Shown piece by piece: positions 10,767 to 20,265 of a DNA stretch of 64,000 nt. The stretch covers positions 448,001 to 512,000 of the forward strand of contig CAXXTH010000018.1 of NCBI GenBank assembly GCA_963668025.2. The letters run 5' to 3'. The first letter of the stretch is position 1, and every line of letters starts with the position of its first letter. The notes under the pieces are model-generated. The model ran no database searches. It had not been told where the DNA came from and saw only the letters and a program-made list of their open reading frames with translations. Both the position numbers and the translations under genes were made by a program. The stretch comes from Candidatus Hydrogenedentota bacterium. Lineage in GTDB: Bacteria; Hydrogenedentota; Hydrogenedentia; Hydrogenedentales; SLHB01.

Positions 10767-11957
10767 TCATGATTTAGACAGCGTATCAAAATGTTCAATA
10801 ATCTCCTCTATTTCCATGTTGTCTTCGGGTATATATTGCCGCCAAAAGCGGACCGACTCGGCTATCTCATCGAGGGCTGCACGCGTGTCACATGCCGTTG
10901 GCAGGAAAATCTCCAGTGTCAAATAGGCATGGGACACTTTTTTTAGTTCATGCATCTCTTCCCGCTGGCAGGAACTATGGATCGCTTTGAAGACTTTCGC
11001 AGGCGAGATGATGCCGTCCGCATTGTTCGCGGCAGTGAACGCCTTGTGGCTGCTGGCTTTCCCATTCGTTTGCTGAAGATGAATAATAGGGGAAAAGCAA
11101 GCAAGGTTTTCCAGCCAGGCATACGGATTCGAATCCCTCATATCGCAAAAGAGATAGGGGCGCTTTTGAGCATGCTCCGTGAATTCATCGAGCAACTCTC
11201 CAAAGGCGGCGCCTTCGTGCGCCTTCTCCCAAAAATAAGAGTAATTCCGGCGGGTTCCCAAATGTATCGGATAATAATCGCCCTTCTTGGCGGCGGATAT
11301 GAAACACTTCACCGCTTCCTCTGACGGATGGGCAAAGCGCGCCTGTCCGGACTGATGGCCGGTATCAAGAGTAATATAGATCCCGGAATCATTTTTGGCG
11401 TCGTTTATTTTTCGTAGAAACTCGAGGGTTCCTTCTATCGTCCAAGGAACCTGGTGAGGTGAATACATTTGTTCCACACTTAGATAGGGCAGCTTTAGGG
11501 TGTTTGCGTAGGCCGAGATCTCTTGAAGGTCATCCACCAAATTGCCAAACGCTTCCGCATAAAAAATAGGGTTGTCAAGCACGCTTTCCGAAAAGGCATG
11601 GGTATAGAAACCTAAGCCCGCGCCCAGTTCAGAGGCGAATCGTATCATCGCCTTGATCCAATTGTCCTTGATGTGCTGGCGCACACTAGGATCGGTATGC
11701 GCCAAGCCAAGTGTCGAGTATGTTCCATGGCCGGAGTACAGATTCTGCACGCGAACCTTATACTTATCCGACGCTGCTTTCACCTCGTTTAGCCACCACT
11801 GCCGGTATGCATCGGTGGAATATAATGGATCGATTTCGTTATCGGCGCTCGCCTCCACGAAATGGAGGCCAAGGCCGTTCACAATCTCCATCCAATCCTT
11901 CGGATCAGTCCAGCGTTTCATCGCAAAACAATTGTCTATGGCAAGAGATAGCTTCAT
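10767..11957 (-). CDS. TIM-barrel sugar-phosphate isomerase/epimerase (xylose isomerase-like fold, possibly EryC-like)
   Basis: Metal-ligand pattern VEQM, TLDTGH, IHLQQTNG..H, TLEIF; sits next to a sugar kinase. Confidence 0.75.
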   Translation of the reverse strand: MKLSLAIDNCFAMKRWTDPKDWMEIVNGLGLHFVEASADNEIDPLYSTDAYRQWWLNEVKAASDKYKVRVQNLYSGHGTYSTLGLAHTDPSVRQHIKDNWIKAMIRFASELGAGLGFYTHAFSESVLDNPIFYAEAFGNLVDDLQEISAYANTLKLPYLSVEQMYSPHQVPWTIEGTLEFLRKINDAKNDSGIYITLDTGHQSGQARFAHPSEEAVKCFISAAKKGDYYPIHLGTRRNYSYFWEKAHEGAAFGELLDEFTEHAQKRPYLFCDMRDSNPYAWLENLACFSPIIHLQQTNGKASSHKAFTAANNADGIISPAKVFKAIHSSCQREEMHELKKVSHAYLTLEIFLPTACDTRAALDEIAESVRFWRQYIPEDNMEIEEIIEHFDTLSKS

Positions 11958-11966
11958 GCGCGCTTA

Positions 11967-13478
11967 TTACTCCTTAACACTTCCAGCGAGGGAATGATCA
12001 AATAGATTAGCCATCTTCATATCGATTTTATCCCAGATCGGGTTCGGCATGGGGTCGCAGCGCTGTATCTGGGATGAATGCCCTATAACCTGCCGCGCCT
12101 GCGCCAGCGAATCCAGCGCGCCAACCGTTGCGGCTTGTATGGCGGCATTGCCCAGCACAGCCGTCTCAGCAGGGCCGGCAAGGACCTTCACCCCACATGC
12201 ATCGGCGATCAACTGGCACAACAGCTTATTCTTCACTGCGCCGCCCACCAGATGAATGGCCTGCGTCTTGCGCTTCAACACCTGGTCCATTTCCCGCAAC
12301 GTCTGGCGGCATTTCAGGGCCATGCTATCGAGCGCACACCGGACGAATGCGCCGCGCGAATCCGGCGCGTGCTGGCCGGTCTCCTGGCATATTTCACGGA
12401 TGATCTGCGTCATGTCTTCCGGCGCATATAAGCGGGGATCATCCACATCAATGATCGAGGCAAAGGGTTCCGCGGCTTCCGCCTCCGCCGTCAGTTGATC
12501 ATAGTCAACCCGAGTTCCTTGCCTGCTGAAAATCCTGCGGCACTCCTGCAGGATCCACATCCCAATGAAAGTCTTGTAGAAGTTTGTCTTGCCTTCCGCG
12601 CCCGCTTCATTGGAAAATCCTAAATAGAAGCTATCATCCGTTATGAGCGGTTTGCTTATTTCCGTGCCCATGATGGCCCAGGTGCCGCAAGAAATGCAGG
12701 CCCAGGGTATCGAGGCGTCGGTTATGGGAGCCCCAGCAAAAGCGGATGCCGTGTCATGTGTTGCGGGTGTAATGATCCGCGTACTTGGATCAAGCCCTGT
12801 CTCTTTGGCCACTGCGGGGAGCAAGGTCCCCAGTATCGTTCCCGCCGGGGTGATCTCTTTGAATAGGTGGCGCGGCAGGCCTAATCGTGCAATGATTTCA
12901 TCGTGCCAAGTGCCAGTCGCCGCATTGATAAGCTGGGTGGTGGAAGCATTGGTGTACTCACAGGACTGCCGCCCGCTCAGGAGATAGTGAAACAGATCCC
13001 CCATCATCAGAAACGAGTCCGCGACTTCCAATAGCGGCGACTTTGCCAAACTCAAGGCATGCAACTGGAAAATAGTATTGAATTGGTTGAAGTTCACCCC
13101 CGTGAGGTTATACAGCTCCCGCTTCGAGATAATCTGATAGGTAAGCTCGGGAACGCCTTCGGTGCGTTTATCGCGGTAATGAACCGGATTTCCCAGCATA
13201 ATGCCGTCGCGGCCAAGCAAGGCGAAATCGACCCCCCACGTGGTGATCGCTAGGCCGTCCAAAAAGGATTTATATCTTCTGGAGCATTCCGCCAATCCGG
13301 CAAGCAGTTCGTTATAAATAAAGACCGTATCCCATTGCATAAGGCCAAGCATCGTCGCATTCTTAGTGGGAAATCTATAGAACTCTTCTACTTCGATTTG
13401 CTCACCAGACAATCTGCAAAAGTGCATGCGGCCTGTGGACGCTCCAATATCCACTGACACAAATGCATAACTTTTCAT
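11967..13478 (-). CDS. rhaB: Rhamnulokinase-family (FGGY) sugar kinase
   Basis: DIGASTGR, TWGVDF..YRDKRT, EYTNASTTQL, HDTASA, ISCGTW, GFSNE. True substrate uncertain. Confidence 0.8.
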   Translation of the reverse strand: MKSYAFVSVDIGASTGRMHFCRLSGEQIEVEEFYRFPTKNATMLGLMQWDTVFIYNELLAGLAECSRRYKSFLDGLAITTWGVDFALLGRDGIMLGNPVHYRDKRTEGVPELTYQIISKRELYNLTGVNFNQFNTIFQLHALSLAKSPLLEVADSFLMMGDLFHYLLSGRQSCEYTNASTTQLINAATGTWHDEIIARLGLPRHLFKEITPAGTILGTLLPAVAKETGLDPSTRIITPATHDTASAFAGAPITDASIPWACISCGTWAIMGTEISKPLITDDSFYLGFSNEAGAEGKTNFYKTFIGMWILQECRRIFSRQGTRVDYDQLTAEAEAAEPFASIIDVDDPRLYAPEDMTQIIREICQETGQHAPDSRGAFVRCALDSMALKCRQTLREMDQVLKRKTQAIHLVGGAVKNKLLCQLIADACGVKVLAGPAETAVLGNAAIQAATVGALDSLAQARQVIGHSSQIQRCDPMPNPIWDKIDMKMANLFDHSLAGSVKE

Positions 13479-13622
13479 AACATCGTATCTCCTGTTTCTT
13501 CAATCAAGCAGTCATGCTATATGCTGCACGGAAAGCTCGCTTAACGCCGGTTACAGCGTTTTGGCGAATCAGCATTATTGTAGCTGCGACAACGCAGTAT
13601 CGAAAAAAGTATGCCTTTTTGA

Positions 13623-15455
13623 CTAACGGCGCTTAATCCTAAGGTAATAAGCACCCGAAGATGAGCCATCATTCCGAATTAACCATGTCTCAATTTTTAG
13701 GCCGCCAGCCTTTAAGGGCAACGAAAAATCCGCGCTGCGCATCCCATCCTGAATGTCCTGGCGCACATCGAGATCATTCACCTTCAGGCGGGCCTCGGTA
13801 ATGGCAAGCGCGTTGCCATTTGGCGGCGCGCCTGTTATAGGCGTATTCAACTCTTCCGGCCAGCGCATTATGGAGAAATCGTATATTCCATCGCATGCGG
13901 CAGCAACCAGGAAGTGGCCATTTACCAACTCGCCATTCAGCACAAGAGTTCTACTAAACAAAGGCGCGCTTTTTTTCTCCGATTCATCGCTGAGCCATTG
14001 TTCCGGGCACAAAGTAATCGGGTTCTCCTGGTCCGCGCCAATAATCATTCTACGCTGGGTATGGTCGTCCTTCTTTTTACACTGCGCTAGTTCCGCTTGC
14101 AGTTTCGCCACGACATCCGGGTATTGCGCGGCCACATTATTCAATTGCGATGGATCCGCTTGCATATCATACAGCCGGTCGTTATGGACCAGCCGCCATT
14201 GCTGCGTCATGGCCACCCCGGAAAACGACTCGATGATCGTCCGGTCTGGGTATGCGCCACTATTTCCTTCCAGAAGCGCCTGCAAACTCACTCCATCAAA
14301 AACGGTATCCGCTGGGGGATTGATGCCTGCTAGAGCTATCAGCGTCGGCAAGACGTCAATATGCGCACAAAGCTGGCCCATTTGTCGGCCGCCGTCGAGA
14401 TGTCCACTTGGCCACCGCACGAAAAACGGCACTCGGTGGCCGCCATCATAAGGCGAAGCTTTTTGGCCGCGCATGCCCGCATTATAGCCTTGAGCCAATT
14501 CCGCTGGATGAGGAGCCGCACTTGGGACACCCGCTAAGGGACGATAACCGGGATCTTCTGGATCTTCCATTGTGAAGGAGTTGCCCACCGAGCCATTATC
14601 CGTCATGAAGATCACTATGGTGTTTTCCTCGAGATCGGAATCTCTCAAGAACGCCATAAGCTTCCCTAAGTTTTCATCTATGTTTGTAATCATCCCGTAG
14701 AATTTAGGTTCGAGTATATGCTCCGCGTATTTCTCATAAGGCTCGCTGTACTTCCCATCCACAAGATAGGGCGCGTGAGGCGCGTTGACGGATAAATAAC
14801 ATAGAAAAGGTTCGCGCTGGTTGGCCTCAATAAACCGCATGGCCTCGCGGAACCAGACATCCGTGCAATAGCCTTCGTATTTTTGCTTCACGCCATTATG
14901 GGAATACACATCATCAAAATAATCATTTCGCCAATCAATGTCTCCAACCGTGGTGATCGCGCCATCCCCGAAATAAATGGCCTCTTGGAAGCCTCTATCC
15001 TGAGGGCGGTATGGATAATGATCACCGAGATGCCACTTGCCAAATAATCCCGTCCGATACCCATCCGCCGCAAACAGGTCCGCCATTGTAGGCACATCTA
15101 TTGACATAAAATTAGTGCAGTTATTTGTGCCTTGGACTCCAACATGCCTGCAATGCCGTCCTGTCATCAACGAGGCGCGGCTCGGGGAACATAACGGAGA
15201 TACATGGTAATTCGTCATGCACACACTTTGTTCGCGAAGCGCATCCATATTCGGAGTTTTTATCCATGGATTCCCGTTACACGCAAGGTCGCCGTACCCT
15301 TGGTCATCCGTCAGAATGAAAACTACATTCGGCTTTTTAGTTCCTGCCGCCAATCCTGCCCTTTCGCCCAAGGCGGATAGGGTCTTGCTGCAACCATGCA
15401 AGTGCGCCGCGCTCAACGCCAGCCCTATCGATTTTATAAAGTTGCGCCGGGTCAT
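13623..15455 (-). CDS. Arylsulfatase (formylglycine-dependent S1 sulfatase) with Tat signal, possibly a lipoprotein
   Basis: TRRNFIK twin-arginine signal followed by LHGC; PNVVFILTDDQGYGD, CSPSRASLMTGR, GKWHLG. Confidence 0.92.
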   Translation of the reverse strand: MTRRNFIKSIGLALSAAHLHGCSKTLSALGERAGLAAGTKKPNVVFILTDDQGYGDLACNGNPWIKTPNMDALREQSVCMTNYHVSPLCSPSRASLMTGRHCRHVGVQGTNNCTNFMSIDVPTMADLFAADGYRTGLFGKWHLGDHYPYRPQDRGFQEAIYFGDGAITTVGDIDWRNDYFDDVYSHNGVKQKYEGYCTDVWFREAMRFIEANQREPFLCYLSVNAPHAPYLVDGKYSEPYEKYAEHILEPKFYGMITNIDENLGKLMAFLRDSDLEENTIVIFMTDNGSVGNSFTMEDPEDPGYRPLAGVPSAAPHPAELAQGYNAGMRGQKASPYDGGHRVPFFVRWPSGHLDGGRQMGQLCAHIDVLPTLIALAGINPPADTVFDGVSLQALLEGNSGAYPDRTIIESFSGVAMTQQWRLVHNDRLYDMQADPSQLNNVAAQYPDVVAKLQAELAQCKKKDDHTQRRMIIGADQENPITLCPEQWLSDESEKKSAPLFSRTLVLNGELVNGHFLVAAACDGIYDFSIMRWPEELNTPITGAPPNGNALAITEARLKVNDLDVRQDIQDGMRSADFSLPLKAGGLKIETWLIRNDGSSSGAYYLRIKRR

Positions 15456-15547
15456 CTATCCGTATCTCCGAACACACTGGGCGGAAAACAAGACGGGCTT
15501 TGAGCAATACGCACACCAACAGCATAACCGGTGAAGATCTCTAGGAT

Positions 15548-15584
15548 TGCTTGCCGGGGCGTTTTTTACGCGCCCCAGCAAGCA
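15548..15584 (-). terminator. Intergenic stem-loop downstream of the beta-helix gene (terminator or RNA-stabilising hairpin)
   Basis: TGCTTGCCGGGGCG...CGCCCCAGCAAGCA inverted repeat; weak U-tract. Confidence 0.4.
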
Positions 15585-15637
15585 TTTCTCAAGGCATAGG
15601 ACTAGGCTAAACTTAACTATTCAAACCAGATATTCGC

Positions 15638-17173
15638 TTACTTTACGTTGCGTTTGCGAATCAAGGCGACTGCACTACCCATGCAGCTTGCGCCCAGCAA
15701 TGCTAAGCCCAACAGGCCCGCTACGGGCAGATCCGACACCGCACCGCTCGAAACAACGATCGTGACCGTTGAACCAGCCGCTAATGCTTCACCCGCCGCA
15801 GGTTCCGTGCGAATGATGCCGCCTTCGGGAACCGTGTCGCTGGATTCTTGTTCCACTTCCACGACATAGCCAGCGTCTTCGAGGGCTGTCGTCGCTTCTT
15901 CTTCAGTCATTCCCGACACATCCGGCACGGTGTCGCCACCGGCGCTTCCACCGAGCATGGAGCCGATGGGCCCGCCTGCGCTATCGGCCGTCAAGAGCGC
16001 TGGCTCCGTGTAGGTCCAATCAGCGGGTAGGTCTGCATAATCAGGCGAGACGAAGGTCGTCAGATTATGGCCGCCGCTGGCCCAAATGCCCGTAGCCGCG
16101 CCATTCATATTGCAGTAATCGTACGTAATCGTCGGCGGTGTGCCTTCGATGTTTTCTGCTGGCGGCGCCAGTAATGACGAGCCCGTAAGCTGGATATTGC
16201 AATTTGTGACGGCAATATCAGAGAAATTGCCGGCGCTATAAATTGCGCCTAACATGAACACATTCGCCACATTGCAATAAAAGTCGCAATGGTCAATGTA
16301 CGCTATATTGTCTTCATAGGAGCTATTGAACAGGATACCAGCCGTATTCCCAATATCACTAAAAGTTGAAGTCCTGGTCGCATAGAACGCGTTGTTATTG
16401 ATATGCACCGTGGAAGAGAAAAGGTTATAGGCGCCTAAGGCGCAATTGATGCCCCAGCCATACCAATCCTGGAACAGGCAGTTCTCAACGGTGACATTAC
16501 CGCCAGCGATGAATATAGGATTAGTATTATTAACGAACTTACAATCGCTCACATTGAACGTCATCGTGCCAGCAGCGTTGCAGTCAATACTGAATGTGGA
16601 GCCATAAGTAGAGCCGTAATAGACGGAAGTGCTACTTGTGGTGAATTCGCAGTTATTGAAGGTAATGCTGATATTCTCTGCTTCAGCCGCGTAGAAAAAC
16701 ATGCCGCCGCCGCCAGCCCAAGTGCCGCCTGAACCGTCATTTGTAAACAGAATGTTCTCGAAGACGTAATTAGCGCCGTCAGGAGCCCAATGGCCATTGA
16801 ACAGGAGGTCGCCATCAACGCTATCCCGAATCGTGATTCTACCACCGTCATTAGACCCGAACTGAACCAAACCCGGAATAGACGGGATGATCGCCGAGCC
16901 GGACGCATTAATAAAGTTGATGGAAGGCGTCTGGCCGGCTGTGGCCACAATCTTGATCGCCTTACCAATCGCCCAATACACGATATCCTGTTGGTACACT
17001 GCACTATCGGTGATCTCGATAGTATCATTTTCCGCCGCCCCATCCACGGCTGCGGATATGACATCCAATCCGCCGCCACTGACTTGAACGACTGCCGCAC
17101 CTGCCGGCGCCCCGAACAGCAACGCCAAACAAGCCAGCATCAATAGAGTTCCGCCTTTAGCTAAAGTCTTCAT
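15638..17173 (-). CDS. Secreted right-handed beta-helix-like protein with PASTA domain and C-terminal membrane anchor
   Basis: Signal peptide from MKTLAK (RBS AGGAG). Repeated FENILF/FNNCEF/VSDCKF/VENCLF/IDHCDF beta-helix strands. PASTA motif VPDVSGMTEEEATTALEDAGY. Tail LPVAG-TM-RKRNVK. Confidence 0.75.
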   Translation of the reverse strand: MKTLAKGGTLLMLACLALLFGAPAGAAVVQVSGGGLDVISAAVDGAAENDTIEITDSAVYQQDIVYWAIGKAIKIVATAGQTPSINFINASGSAIIPSIPGLVQFGSNDGGRITIRDSVDGDLLFNGHWAPDGANYVFENILFTNDGSGGTWAGGGGMFFYAAEAENISITFNNCEFTTSSTSVYYGSTYGSTFSIDCNAAGTMTFNVSDCKFVNNTNPIFIAGGNVTVENCLFQDWYGWGINCALGAYNLFSSTVHINNNAFYATRTSTFSDIGNTAGILFNSSYEDNIAYIDHCDFYCNVANVFMLGAIYSAGNFSDIAVTNCNIQLTGSSLLAPPAENIEGTPPTITYDYCNMNGAATGIWASGGHNLTTFVSPDYADLPADWTYTEPALLTADSAGGPIGSMLGGSAGGDTVPDVSGMTEEEATTALEDAGYVVEVEQESSDTVPEGGIIRTEPAAGEALAAGSTVTIVVSSGAVSDLPVAGLLGLALLGASCMGSAVALIRKRNVK

Positions 17174-17291
17174 TGATAGCACTCCTCTCTCTTGTTTTGC
17201 CCAAACTAACATACAATACCACCTCTTTACCGACCAACTTATAAGCACTCCCTCAACTTATAAGAGCTTCATACTAAAAACAGACAACGAA

Positions 17292-18437
17292 TTAATTCTG
17301 GCCTCCCGCACAGGCGATATACCACGAAAATGCCAGATCACGTGTATTGTAGGTCTGATTTCCAGTTAATCCGGTGCAGGCCCACTGCAGCCCGCCTGGC
17401 ATCTCCGCAGAAGCGTCCACCGATTTATACCGGATAAACTCCACATGGCCATCCATAGCCAGAATGTTGGCGCCGCCTGGAACGTGGTTGAACACCATGA
17501 CGCCGCTGCCTGCGGTTGTAGCTATTGTCTGGCCCAATTGCGCGCCCCAGCAATCCAACATAACGGGAAGCTGGCTTTGGCCGATTGCGCCAGCAGCAGG
17601 ATTGTTAATATCCGTGATGAAGAAACGTTCGACACCTTCGCGAAGCTTGGGTAGCGCGGACGGCAATTTGGCGCCTTCGCTGTCAAGAATAGGAGGTGAA
17701 CCCGTTCCAAAGCCGCTGACAGGGATGTCTTCACCGCCACGATTCTCAATGTAACCTAAGCTAACCCACTGCGTAGGCCATGTCGACAATGCTGTCACCT
17801 CGTCATCATACGTTCCCGATTTACTAAGCACTATGCCATGCCATACCACTCCTCCCAAACAATATTGCATTAAGCACCATTGCGTAGGAGTGCGCACGGC
17901 GTTGGGAACGTAGAAATAGGAGACAGGGTGGCCCAACAACGCCTGCTGGCCAATTTTCTGCATCGCGGAATCTGTAGTGGAAGCACTGATATCCTTCAGT
18001 TGGGCTGCGATATCTTCTTCGATCCCTACATCCCCAGGGCAAGTGGTGATGGCTCCCCGCTGAATATAATCCTGTGAGGGAGACCGGTTGTCCGATGGGC
18101 AAACCATGATGCTTGGATCATTCCAGTAATCGGGAAACAAACCGCCCGCATCCACGCCCAAGGGGCCAATGTTCTGCTTGGCGGTTCCGGTAAGCTTACC
18201 AATGATAATCCACTGATTAGAATTGGGAAATGCCCCTTTGGACTCCCCGGCATACATCTTAAAAATGATGCCCCATTGCTTAAGGTTCGACTGGCAGGAA
18301 GCCCGGCGCGCGGCTTCTCGCGCCCGCGCCAGCGCTGGAAGTAAAATAGCCGCCAGAATTGCGATAATAGCGATTACTACCAGTAGCTCGATTAGCGTAA
18401 AACCTGCCTTTAACTCGATACGATTTCGGTTCATCAC
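17292..18437 (-). CDS. DUF1559 prepilin-type N-terminal cleavage/methylation protein, paralog 1
   Basis: [48 protein letters not shown]-terminal [16 protein letters not shown] (H-X9-DG-like). Confidence 0.92.
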   Translation of the reverse strand: MMNRNRIELKAGFTLIELLVVIAIIAILAAILLPALARAREAARRASCQSNLKQWGIIFKMYAGESKGAFPNSNQWIIIGKLTGTAKQNIGPLGVDAGGLFPDYWNDPSIMVCPSDNRSPSQDYIQRGAITTCPGDVGIEEDIAAQLKDISASTTDSAMQKIGQQALLGHPVSYFYVPNAVRTPTQWCLMQYCLGGVVWHGIVLSKSGTYDDEVTALSTWPTQWVSLGYIENRGGEDIPVSGFGTGSPPILDSEGAKLPSALPKLREGVERFFITDINNPAAGAIGQSQLPVMLDCWGAQLGQTIATTAGSGVMVFNHVPGGANILAMDGHVEFIRYKSVDASAEMPGGLQWACTGLTGNQTYNTRDLAFSWYIACAGGQN

Positions 18438-18608
18438 ATCTCTCCTTTCTTTTGCATTAATCCCGTATTTAATGATTTAAACAATTTTATACGCCCAAAT
18501 GATCCCTCCTTTCACAGCTATTCCATGATTTGACGCTTTCTTGTAAAAGTGCATTGGAGTTGCCGTGAATGGCTTCAACTGAGCCTCAATCGAGCAGCCT
18601 CTCGATTA

Positions 18609-18647
18609 GAGTATACTCAGTATACATAAAAAGAGCCTATAACACAA
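18609..18647 (-). promoter_or_regulatory. Sigma70-type promoter (TTGTGT-17-TATACT) overlapped by the palindromic operator at 18609-18627
   Basis: GAGTATACTCAGTATACAT with perfect core GTATACTnAGTATAC; same layout as three other promoters in the locus. Confidence 0.75.
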
Positions 18648-18778
18648 GCTAATTTTTCCATGCCCTTTACAACCTGTTTTGTCTGTTGGCGTATTGATTC
18701 CGCACCGGAAGAAACAATGCGCACCCTATCTACACTGGTTTATCGGAGCTCCTTTGCCATGGCCAACCACCCAATAAA

Positions 18779-19921
18779 CTAGTTTTGGCCGCCTGCCGTA
18801 GCGATATACCACGAGAATCCAAGATCCCTCGTATTATAGGTCTGATTTCCGATGTATCCGGCGCATACCCATTTCAGTCCTTCTGGTACATCGCCAGAGG
18901 CATCCACTGTTTGATAACGGATAAACTCCACATGGCCATCCATGGCGAGCACATTGGCGCCGCCAGGAAGATGATTAAACACCACGACACCCGTTCCTAC
19001 CGTCGTCGCTATAGTCTGTCCCAATTGCGTGCCCCAGCAATCCAGCATAACGGGGAGCTGGCTCTGGCCCATCGAACCGGAGGCCGGATTATTGATATCC
19101 GTGATGAAGAAACGCTCGACGCCTTCGCGCAGCTTAGGTAACGAGGACGGCAAAATGTCACCGTTGCTGTCGTAAATGGGTTGGCTGCTGAATTCCTTCA
19201 TGGGAATATCTTTTCCACCGCGCTCCTCGACATAACCGAGGCGAACCCATTGCTTAGGCCATGTAGATAGTGCATCCACTTCGTCATCGTAGTGGCCGGA
19301 AACTTTTAAGACGATGGGATGCCATACCGCTCCACCCAAACAGCATTGGGCTAGACAGAACTGCGTAGGGGTTCGCAACGCATTGGGGATATAGATATAC
19401 GAGACAGGATGCCCCAGCAGCGCCTGCTGGCCAATTTTCAGCATTGTGGAATCCGTGGTAGAAGCGCTGATATCTTTCAGTTGCGCCGAGATGTCCTCTT
19501 CGATGCCTACATCTCCAACAGAATTAGACAAAGAACCCCTTTGGGCATAATCTACACCCGGAGAACGGTTGTCTGATGGGCATACCATAATGCTTGGATC
19601 ATTCCAGTAATCAGGAAACAGGCCGCCCGCATCCACTCCCATGGGGCTGATGCTCGCACTGAGATACCCTTTAGCAATGTTGCCCTCAATGATCCACTGG
19701 TTGGAATTCGGAAATACGCCGTTGGACTCGTTTGCATACATTTTGAAGATGATGCCCCATTGCTTGAGGTTCGACTGGCAAGAAGCGCGGCGAGCGGCTT
19801 CCCGCGCCCGCGCCAGCGCCGGAAGTAAAATGGCCGCCAAAATTGCGATAATCGCGATAACAACCAATAACTCGATTAATGTGAAACCTGCTTTTGTTTT
19901 GTTACAATTACAATTCATCAC
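18779..19921 (-). CDS. DUF1559 prepilin-type protein, paralog 2
   Basis: Same motifs and collinear with paralogs 1 and 3. Confidence 0.92.
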   Translation of the reverse strand: MMNCNCNKTKAGFTLIELLVVIAIIAILAAILLPALARAREAARRASCQSNLKQWGIIFKMYANESNGVFPNSNQWIIEGNIAKGYLSASISPMGVDAGGLFPDYWNDPSIMVCPSDNRSPGVDYAQRGSLSNSVGDVGIEEDISAQLKDISASTTDSTMLKIGQQALLGHPVSYIYIPNALRTPTQFCLAQCCLGGAVWHPIVLKVSGHYDDEVDALSTWPKQWVRLGYVEERGGKDIPMKEFSSQPIYDSNGDILPSSLPKLREGVERFFITDINNPASGSMGQSQLPVMLDCWGTQLGQTIATTVGTGVVVFNHLPGGANVLAMDGHVEFIRYQTVDASGDVPEGLKWVCAGYIGNQTYNTRDLGFSWYIATAGGQN

Positions 19922-20115
19922 ACCTCTCCCTTCTTTTGTATTAATTCCTTATTACATATTGTGAGCATTTTCCCTCTCAAAAATGACCACTCCCTCCACA
20001 ACTACGACATGAATGATCGCCCATATGCGATTGCACGGAAAAGATGCATTAAGAACTGCTGTGTACTGGACGTGAACCACTTCAACTGCGCTTTAATCGA
20101 GCACCCCCTCGATTA

Positions 20116-20154
20116 GAGTATACTCAGCATACATCAAGTTGGCCCATAACGCAA
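20116..20154 (-). promoter_or_regulatory. Sigma70-type promoter (TTGCGT-17-TATGCT) with operator at 20116-20134
   Basis: GAGTATACTCAGCATACAT, one mismatch to copies 1 and 3. Confidence 0.75.
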
Positions 20155-20265
20155 GCCCTTTTTCTCATGCCCTTCATCGCGTTTTTCTTCCGTAGGCGTA
20201 TTGATTTCGCACAGGCTGCCCCTCCATATATGGATGGGCAGCCTTTTCTGGCCCCATGCGCTAAG

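Noticed and set aside
18440-18610. Known riboswitch in the DUF1559 leaders
   Set aside because: No recognisable consensus (c-di-GMP, SAM, TPP, cobalamin). Kept only as an unnamed conserved structure.
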